This document shows positions 47,210-56,310 of a DNA stretch of 56,310 bases, one piece after another. The translations under genes and the position numbers were made by a program. The stretch is taken from contig JAUCBJ010000239.1 in the NCBI GenBank assembly GCA_032718475.1, forward strand, positions 1-56,310, in the 5' to 3' direction. Origin of the DNA: Nemertoderma westbladi. Taxonomy: Eukaryota > Animalia > Xenacoelomorpha. The notes beneath the pieces were generated by a model that made no database searches, was not told the origin of the DNA, and saw nothing but the letters and a program-made list of their open reading frames with translations. Position 1 is the stretch's first letter; each line of letters begins with the position of its first letter.

Positions 47210-47576
47210 AATTAAACGGAAACTAAGGGCCGATTATTTAGAGCAGCAGTAGTTCCAGTACTCCTCTATGGGAGTCCAGTCCATGCTGGGCTCTAACTGC
47301 TGAGGACACCAAATCTCTGGTTGGCACATTCACAAGAATGCTACGCCGGGTTCATTGTGTCAAGTACAATGCACACATCTCCAACCAGACACTATATAAC
47401 ATTGGAGGTGTCTCATTGGTTCACCCAAGCTTGACACTATTACAAAGCCGCATCCACTTTGCAGGACATTGCTTTCGTCGTGCGAGGACCTGCCAGTGCA
47501 TAATCTTGTACTCTGCCAGCCTCATCATGGTGTGAATAAGCATGGTGGACAGCCCATGGCTTTCTTGAGACGCATC
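47210..47576 (+). mobile_element. Decayed RTE-type LINE, 3' part
   Basis: RLFRAAVVPVLLYGS, MLRRVHCVKYNAHISNQTLY, FAGHCFRR; aligns with 8470..8830 on the minus strand and resumes ~35 bp after the break at 32049. Confidence 0.92.
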
Positions 47577-47766
47577 CCAACCACATAAAAAGTCAAAATC
47601 AGCGGATATAATGAGTGATTTCAACGGACAAGAAAAATAATTGTGGGTAAAAAACCCATCACCAGCTTACTCTTAGATGAAATTTATGACGGCCTACTTA
47701 TTATAGTATGCCGTGGTTCAGAGGTACTGAAAACATTAGTGACACGTTCGTGGGGACTTCGCGCAG

Positions 47767-48344
47767 CACGTAGTCGGCAAGCCTTGGCATACGGTTCATA
47801 TAGAGCAAATGGGGCATGTCTAGTTTGGACCCAATATCCCATGCTATAAATGTATTCATTCGATATACAATCATATGTTAATCCGCTAGGTGGTGTCAAA
47901 TTGTTATTCTGCAATTTCGTACTTACCAGTGCAGCACTGTACAGCAGTACCGTACCGGTAGGCCTATGTCATTACTTCTGAGTCTCTAGCGGATCCCCAA
48001 TTAAATGTCTTAACTTTTCAATTTCGTAAAAGATAGACTTCATGATTCTCTACAGGCCACCAAAATTTCCGCTCAGGAAAATGAGGCCAGCCCGAGAAAT
48101 TTAACATTTTCTAAAAACCACATAATCTGTCGTAGCTGACGTCAGACTGCATGATTTTTCACCAAACTTTACAAACTTTCTAAACTTTCTCTCTACTACT
48201 TACCTACTAAGTTTGGTTCAATTCCGAACGAGCGATGCAGAGAAATTCGCGTTCAAACATTTACCAGACAGACAGACAGACAGACAGACGGACATGCCCC
48301 ATTTGCCCTATATGAACCGTATGCCAAGGCTCGCCGACTACGTG
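47767..48344. mobile_element. Non-autonomous element with a 54-bp inverted repeat and (CAGA)n microsatellite
   Basis: 47767..47820 and 48291..48344 are reverse complements with 2 mismatches; aagtttgg...(caga)n block resembles 15145..15235. Confidence 0.65.
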
Positions 48345-48885
48345 TCTCGCCCCACAGCCCTAACTGATCTGCCAAAGCCAATAGGAAAACAGTAATTAAT
48401 CATCCAATCGTAGCTCACTTGTTCCACTTATGGCTCCGCCCTCCCATCAACCTTCATCTATATTTTTAACTTTATTACAGTCTAATCCCGTAATCTATGA
48501 TATACACCTGCGATATCGATTTGTTTTAAAACATATTTCGATCATTGTATGCACCCCGCCTGCGTCGGCAAATATAGAGACGCATATACACTAACCCTGT
48601 TAGACATGGCACTGTCCAAAATGGTTCGTAGAACTAAACTGGGAAGATTTTTAAAAATGATATCTAATTTTGTCGAATTAAAAGCCGGGATTATTTTAAA
48701 ATTATTATTAATTAATATTATTACACTCTATTAAAATTGCTCTGTAAATAGGCTATACATAATTCAAGTTTAAAATGTAAAAAAATGGACCTTGATACCT
48801 TGACCTACCGGTACCACTTTGTGGAAGCCGCCAACCACTTTGAGGAAACCGCCTTGCCACTACGACAAACAATGGTATTCATGGG

Positions 48886-49960
48886 TAAATAGGGATAATA
48901 TTCGAAGGCCTACGCGTAGCTACGCGTAGTTCGCAACATTGGGTCATATATCATCAGTTTCAGAGTTTTAACATTAACTACGCGTAGCTACGCGTAGGTG
49001 CTACGTATAACTACGCGTAAGTGCTACCCATAACTATGCCTATACGTCCTTTATCATTAGTAGGCCTACGTATTCCAAGCGGTTCAGTACTAAAATAAGA
49101 TAATACGGTATGTTCAATAAACAACCCACAACCTTCAAATGCTTTCAACAGTAATGCATCCTATACCTGTATACTCTATATAGAGGAATACGCTAACACT
49201 ACATATTCTTCACTTCATGCGTTGCGGGTGCTAAAATGTGTTACCGGTAATAATGTTTAGAGTTCAAAAATAGTTTACAAAGGAAATAGGCCGATGGTTC
49301 TTATCGATTCTCTATGTTTTTTATTGCCTTTGTTCATGATAGGACAAGGATATATTTAATATGTTAACCCATTGACAAGGGAAGGGGAGAGACTAAATTG
49401 TCTACCATGATTGGTTGCACTTGTTATTTGACCAAACAATGGAATTATATGCAGTATTTATCTTATCAGCTTTCGCTTAACCACTTCACCGGTAGATTGG
49501 TAGCTTACTACTGTAGAATATTTAAATAATCCAATGGAAACAAAGATACTTGAATCATGAGACGTGAATTTTAAGTCTACTTTTTATTCATCCTGTGTTT
49601 GTATGTGAAAGAGCCGAATATTATTTATTACCAGTGCTGTATGTATGAGATATGAGTTTCCGATTCTGTTATTCCATTTGTCTGATAATCAGATACCTGG
49701 ACATATACCGATACTTGCCTAACAACTCAACCCTACCGGACCTGAAATGAAAAATCATTGTTATCAGGACTGCTAATACGCGTAGCACCTACGCGTAGTT
49801 TCAAAATACCTACGCGTAGTTCCAAAATAACTACGCGTAGTTTTAAAACACCTACGCGTAGTTGTTAAAAAGACAGTAAGTCTGGCCCTACCGGTAAATG
49901 ACAGGAATGGAAGTTACAAACTACGCGTAGCTACGCGTAGGTCGAAAAGATTTACCCCGT
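48886..49960. mobile_element. MITE-like element with about 12 copies of the palindrome CTACGCGTAG clustered at both ends
   Basis: cctacgcgtagctacgcgtagtt at ~48909 is inverted at ~49919..49942; further copies at 48978..49020 and 49777..49861. Confidence 0.55.
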
Positions 49961-50917
49961 AGTCATTGGCTTGCCCTAACATCAATTAACGTCCAAGACA
50001 CCGAAACGCAACCATATTTTTCACAAATTAATTATTTTTGCCTCAGTCATACCACTTTCACGGCGACAAAATTGTCATATATTTTCTTATAGAATATAGG
50101 CTTAGCTATTGTGCAGTTTATTAAACGGTATCATTTAGTGTATGGCGGGTAGGCTTAGGGTTGGGGTTGCGACACATACCTGTATGTTTAGCATGTATTT
50201 ATATTTGTTTGTGTTTGTGTGTTTGTTATTGTCTTTCGATTTGATGATTTCGATGACCCTAGGGGTCGAGAAATATTTTGTTCTAAATGTCCTGATTCTA
50301 TATTTTTTATTGGGGGTGTAAGACTCCTGTTCTTCCTTTAATTTAATCAATTAACGTGGCCGCCATTGAAGTGTACGTGTACTTGCGTACCGGTACTGTA
50401 CTAGCTTGTCGTCATAAAGTCTATATAACGGCTGATCCACTGGTTATCTCCATGCCATGCTGTTAGGTTACATAACGGTAACAGCCTAACTTTCCTTCTT
50501 GTTTGGCAGATTAGTTTAGACACCCATACAGCCATATGATGAGTATTTGATTGGCTGTGGCAGCTCTGTTGATGCTGTCCTGTCACTAATGTCTTGTTCA
50601 GAGGTACCGGCACTTGTGCCGGTACAGTAGTCTGGTAGTAGAACAGTTGTAGTAGACCTACTGTAGTTTATTTCTGTTATTGTTAGAGATAGATAGATAG
50701 ATATAATTATTTATACATTATGTAAAAACAATAACAAATACAGAAATACACCAAACAATGTAGGCCTACCGGTATAAAGGTATTGTCCAACATAACATAT
50801 AGGATTACCCATAACTGCCTAAAGCTTTGCAGCTTATTTCCAAGGGGGTCCTTTATGTTACTTGGTTAGCCTCTGGGCCTAGCCTAATACCGTACTGAAA
50901 TCAGGAAATATCAGAAT

Positions 50918-51952
50918 ATGGCTGAGAGGAAACAAGTGAACAAGTATTACCCCCCGGACTGGCGTCCCGAACATGGATCTGTTAATAAGTTCCAAGGTAC
51001 TCACGCGTTGCGGGACCGGGCGCGAAAACTCAACCAAGGGATCCTAATCGTGCGGTTCGAGATGCCATGCGATGTTTGGTGCGAGGGTTGCGGGAACCAC
51101 GTCGGGATGGGGGTGCGGTACAACGCTGAGAAAACCCGAGTTGGAAAGTACTATACAACTAATATCTACCAATTCCGCATGAAATGTCATTTGTGCGACA
51201 ACAAGTTCGAGATTAAAACCGATCCGAAAAACTGCGACTACGAGATTGTCGGAGGATGTCGTCGGAAGTTAAAGAAATGGGATTTATCGGAGAACGAGCA
51301 GGTGGTTCCCACGGATCATGGGACTGCTAAATCCTTAGCGCTGGACCCCATGTACAAGTTGGAGCACGGCGTGGCGGATAAGGAGAAGTTGGTTAAAGTC
51401 ATTCCGACGTTAAATGAGATTCAATCCGCTCAAGCCGACGTCTGGAAGGACGATTTCGCAGCGAATCAAACAGTTAGAAAAATATTTCGCGACGAGAAGA
51501 AACTTATAAGGGAGAAATCTGAGCGGGAGGAGTTGACTCGGAAGAGATTGAATCTCGCGATAAAACTCCTCCCTGAGTCGGAGGAGGATCGTACGCATTC
51601 CAAGTACTACCGAACTGCCCAGGAGAGAGAACGGCGGCTGTCGTTACCTGCAGGTAAACGAAGAGACTTGGTCGTTACCGGTGTGAAATCGACGCGACAA
51701 CGGAAACTACGTAAACTGTTAAAGAAGTTTTCGATTCCGGATTCGCGATTAAGTAGTTTACGAAAGTTGAACAGAATTAATAATAAACTACCGAAACTCG
51801 CTGCCCATTTGCGTGTCGGTCAATGTAATCCTTCCACTTCCGGTTACATTACTCCAAGTAGAACTCCCGTTGAGACGCAAATTTTAACTAAAAGTTGCAA
51901 CTATTCTAGAAATTCTATTGTTTCTATCGATTACGATAGTAACAGCGATTAA
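50918..51952 (+). CDS. YJU2B: Probable splicing factor YJU2B / CCDC130 (Saf4/Yju2, CWC16 family), 344 aa, intronless
   Basis: MAERKQVNKYYPPDW, ARKLNQGILIVRFEMP, WCEGC..HVGMGVRYNAEK, FRMKCHLC, TDPKNCDY, DPMYKLEHG, WKDDFAANQ; AATAAA at 51993..51998. Confidence 0.95.
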   Translation: MAERKQVNKYYPPDWRPEHGSVNKFQGTHALRDRARKLNQGILIVRFEMPCDVWCEGCGNHVGMGVRYNAEKTRVGKYYTTNIYQFRMKCHLCDNKFEIKTDPKNCDYEIVGGCRRKLKKWDLSENEQVVPTDHGTAKSLALDPMYKLEHGVADKEKLVKVIPTLNEIQSAQADVWKDDFAANQTVRKIFRDEKKLIREKSEREELTRKRLNLAIKLLPESEEDRTHSKYYRTAQERERRLSLPAGKRRDLVVTGVKSTRQRKLRKLLKKFSIPDSRLSSLRKLNRINNKLPKLAAHLRVGQCNPSTSGYITPSRTPVETQILTKSCNYSRNSIVSIDYDSNSD

Positions 51953-53654
51953 TTTGTTAAATGTTCTACCGATATAGACGATTTCCAATATAAATAAACA
52001 AACATGCCCAAGGCCCAATAATAAACCAAGGTAATAAACTTATATGACAGCCTAATTCAAAAGTTAACCTTTTTTCATAATTTCAAAATGAACTATTTCA
52101 AAAGTTAACCTCCCGCTCCCGTCACACCATTGCCTTGGTTGCGATTCTAGACATCATTTTGGATACCAAATAAAACCAATGTATTTTTTTTTTCATCAAA
52201 CGGCATTCGCTACCATTGCAATGGAATATTAATGTCGCGCAATTCTTTGTGAACATGTATCACAGTGAAGTCATTCTAAGCTGGAATGGCATAACGAAAC
52301 GAAACGAAAGAAATTTAAATTTCGTTTCGTTTTCAAAAATTTCGTTTCGTTTTTACAAATCCGATCAAATACTCGTTTCGTTTCCTTTTTTTATCAATCT
52401 ATGAAATTTTCGTTTCGTTTCCTTTTTTTCTAAAATTTGTGATTTTATCAAATAAAAGTTTTAAATCCCCCCCCCCCCCCCCTCCCTCCCTATACCAATA
52501 CGATATTGTAGTAAAATGTAGTACAATACAATGTACAATATTGTATAAAATAAAACATTATAATTCTATCAATATACAGGTGTTGACTGACTACCCATAA
52601 CTTTTTGAGGTATGTTCCCCTTTTGAGTTTTATACACTATATACTAGTAACACGTAACGTCCCGGCACGTGAAATGCCAGGTATACCAGTTGCTCTATTG
52701 TATGTATTAATTTACTATCAGTATTACCTTAGTGCCTTATTCAAGGCGTCCTATATAAAGGACGCCTTGGTTTTATTACAGTTCTACTGTAGCATGGCCC
52801 TAGTCTATTGCATTGCAATGGTAACGGAAACTGGTGGGCAATAAAGGTTGAAGTTGAAGTTTATTATTAACATTGTACATAGGTAAGCCATATTAAAATG
52901 TAAGACATAAAACATAACGTAATACACTAATGATAACCGGCATAAGTTGGAATCGGCTATAATATTTTAATTTAATACAAAAAATAGTGCATATTTCATA
53001 AATAAAATATAGATTTATCTTGTAGACATACAATGTTAGGGATAGCTCCATGAGGATAAACCTCGTTTCCATGGAGGTCCCTTTAAAAAGCACAGCATTA
53101 AAGTGAGCGCAGCGTTTAAATTACTAAAATAACAAATTAATTTGATAAAATATCCGAATGGTATTACAACTAGCTAGTAAATATTAGATTAAGAACTGTA
53201 TTAGATTCGAAAAGTGTTAAAAGTGCGCGATAGACAACACATGAATTAAACTTAATTATTTAGACTTAAAAATTGGCGCGATAGAAAAAAGAGTGAAACA
53301 GGCGAATATGGAACACCAAAACCTAGAAGTAAGTTCAATTAAAATAAATATAAATTAATAAAATAAGCACCGATCATTCAGACAGGAAAATAGTAATGTA
53401 TTTAATCTACAGTATCTTAAAACTCCATACCGAATCCAAAATAGATGTTTAATTAGAAAACATTACAATTTGGCTAAAAAAAACGTCTGGTGACTACAGT
53501 ATCGATATTATTTACAACACTAAATATGTTACAATTGAACTAAAAAATAAAATAAATTATTGAAATGTCAGTCAACTACATTATGTGTGGACCACTGAAA
53601 AAACTGCCGAATAACTGAATAATATTTACAATTGCCAGATTGAATGTTTATACT

Positions 53655-53835
53655 GCACTACTTGACTCAAAAAGTAATTTTTAACCTGGTGCTTAAAAGA
53701 CTGCAGAAAGGGCATTACGTATGTCTGGTGGCAGTGCGTTCCATATGGATGGACCCATAAATGAGAAGCACTCACAGCCCGTTGCTGTGTGCCGCGATTG
53801 GACTACTGCGTGTGGGTTGCCTATATTGAAGGAAA
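53655..53835 (-). mobile_element. Decayed CR1/L2-type LINE C-terminal fragment
   Basis: Minus strand translates to ...CFSFMGPSIWNALPPDIRNA, the typical end motif of CR1/L2 ORF2. Confidence 0.55.
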
Positions 53836-56310
53836 TAATTTACTCTATTTACATTACTACAACACCGCATTGTCACCATCGATCTGGTGGGGTATCGCTG
53901 GCGTCTCCATTTGGATCAAGTCCTGTTGTTCCACCGACTGCGCCCGTGATTATAGTGCCATCGAGTGGAGTCCTGGGTATCTGCCTTCCAGTCCCGAATT
54001 GACCTTCGCCCGAAACGATTGTTTCTGTTGGGTGATCTGTGTCGCTCATGTTTATCTGAGTTTGTGTTAAAGTTTGTACTCTACGCTCGTCCTGGTAACG
54101 TCTATAGTTCTTATGATGCTGTACCGCAACTCGTCGTTGTAGATTCGATTCGTTACGATCGTCCACATCCGTTCGGTGTCGTACCGCCTTCCTTCGGGTT
54201 CATTGAACTCCATCTTTGGTTCTCACTGGGTCCTTCCCCAGTGTCTGCCACTAATGAGGGCGTTCTATTCGTTGTCAAAGTAAAAGAGATCATCAACAAC
54301 GTCTTAACTTTGAATGCAGTCGATCATCGATCGACACTCATGTTAGACGTCAGTCTAACATTAAATGTCACTGACACTAAATGTCACTGAAAGAATTTAC
54401 TCTTTCATTAAATGTCACTGTAAGGGAACTGGCCTGCAACCCGGATCTATGCCAACCACCTCTTTACTCGAGTAAACATCCTTCACCTTTACCAGAACAT
54501 CTTCGCCGAGTATGGACGAGATTAAGGGTTATGGCAGCCATAATCTTCCTGTCGAGTACCAAAAGTTGAATCGAATTCCGAGACCGGAACGTGTGTGCCC
54601 GTGCGGTTTTAGGAATCATCAGAGGAGCACGTAATTTTAAGATGCCCGCTGATAAACTCGATAAGATCAGATTATTTTGAAAACTTTCCATCCTCTGTAA
54701 CCGACCTTTTTTCCGCAGATGATCAGAAGATAGTAGCATCATTCATATTTCGTGTATTTGAGTTCTTCGACAGCCAATAACATAGCCACTCCTTCCATTA
54801 AACATTTAATAATCCCGAATTTACAGAGTTTAGAGTTACATCGATTTGATATTTGGCTCCCCTTTACCGATACTTGTCTTATCTTACAATATAGTTATAA
54901 ACTGTTTAGTGTTCATTATATTATATGTATACTGGTGCCGGTGAACTAGTACAGTAACTAAGATATCGTGTAGTGCATTCTCTTTGACCTTGCCTTTCTA
55001 TGGTGTATATATGTATGTAATTGCTATTTGGGACTTTATACCCGCGGTATTTGGTTAATAAACTAACTAACTAACTAACTAGTACTATCTTACGTCCGGT
55101 GTGTGAGACAATCAAAACACCCTTATACGATCCCTTAGGTGCTCTCTAGTAGAATGCCTACCTCCCTTCCCACGTGACTTCCGGTTTCGCTCAGGGAACC
55201 TGCTGTCGGTCAACCAGTGGCCTGTAGAGGATATGTGTTAGACCCCGGAATCAGTGTAACAAACAAGAGGGTTCAGTTTGACTTGCAGTATAATGGCATT
55301 TACTAGATAATAAATAAAATCTCTCACCAATAATAGCTATTGCATGTACGGTGCGAAGTAGCGTATTACCAATAACACAATAATATACAACAGTAAAGTA
55401 ATATAGGAGAGGTGACAATTAATGTAGAAATGCACATAAGGAATGAAGTTCTTAATCAGAAACACAATATTACATACACCGCAATATTGACAATAATCAC
55501 TACTAACATCTGACTATCTCTAATAATAATCCATATAACACCTTCACCTGTTATACACCAAAATGTATGTAATGATATGTATTGTATATATATATCAATG
55601 TAATAATAGTCCCCTTTTACTGCAACAAATAACCGGATGCATTGTTCCTACTGTATTATACCTCATACAGTACTTATTTTATCATTGTTCGGTCTGTCGA
55701 TACGCAATATCTAATTGTGGATTTGAGACTCGCTATGCGTTCACATCTTTCTTCATGATTTTATTAATCATATCATACCACTACTCACTGCATAGCCAAT
55801 GATTCATCCACAGTTATTACCCTTCTAATTATCGTTTATTGGTGGTTTGGGATCACTCACTAACAATATAGTACGCTAAATGAAATAATAAATATTATTC
55901 TAAACTCAGTAAAAGCCCCACAATGGAGGAAAAAAATTGGATACTGATTATTAAACCTTGCAACGTAACAGTAACGAGAAACAAATCAAATAAATATAAA
56001 CGCTACTGTATAGAATAAGAATATACCATGTTATGGATATCCCTATCATAATTACTGCCACGAATTACTAAAAAATTAAAACTGAAATTAAAGCATATTA
56101 CAGAGCAGGAGTAAATCAACAAATCACATTAATTTATCTTTTTAATGGTGTAGTCTAATCACAATTTTTACATTTTTATAAATTGCGAGATATTCAAAAT
56201 AGCACATAAACCTCTATGTAACTTTCAACAAGATGTTTCAGGGCATTGCCCAATTAATTACTAAATAAAGGAATAAAAAAAGTTTGGTAATGAAATCAAA
56301 TGTTTCAGTT

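Noticed and set aside
52216-56310. Short ORFs in the AT-rich right end
   Set aside because: Low-complexity, no recognisable motifs; several overlap simple repeats or LINE tails such as (TTTCG)n near 52300..52420 and (ACTA)n near 55062.

Overview
AT-rich, repeat-dense eukaryotic (probably invertebrate animal) genomic DNA, not prokaryotic. It holds two intronless host genes: selenoprotein T (12571..13161; in-frame TGA in a CxxU motif and a form-2 SECIS at ~13886..13966, so the ORF track truncates it) and the splicing factor YJU2B/CCDC130 (50918..51952). Between them is a ~31 kb nest. A decayed RTE-type LINE is interrupted by a 12.75 kb BEL/Pao-type LTR element (18751..31500, TSD AGCAT). It is interrupted again by a TIR DNA element (TSD ATAT) that itself carries a second, related 12.4 kb LTR element on the minus strand (33945..46371, TSD GTAAC, LTRs apparently identical). 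Both LTR elements encode only Gag-protease fused to Pol remnants (no RT, RNase H core or integrase core) plus a second 3' ORF whose middle differs between them. The most interesting signal is that neither element has a tRNA primer-binding site. In each, the 11-13 nt just after the 5' LTR are perfectly complementary to a site inside its own LTR, and the two elements show compensatory changes, which suggests Tf1-like self-priming in a BEL/Pao lineage. Also present: a 2.9 kb 30-bp satellite with higher-order structure, LINE, SINE and MITE fragments, and TA-CAG-TA insertions that look like transposon excision footprints. All comparisons were made by eye; no database searches were run.
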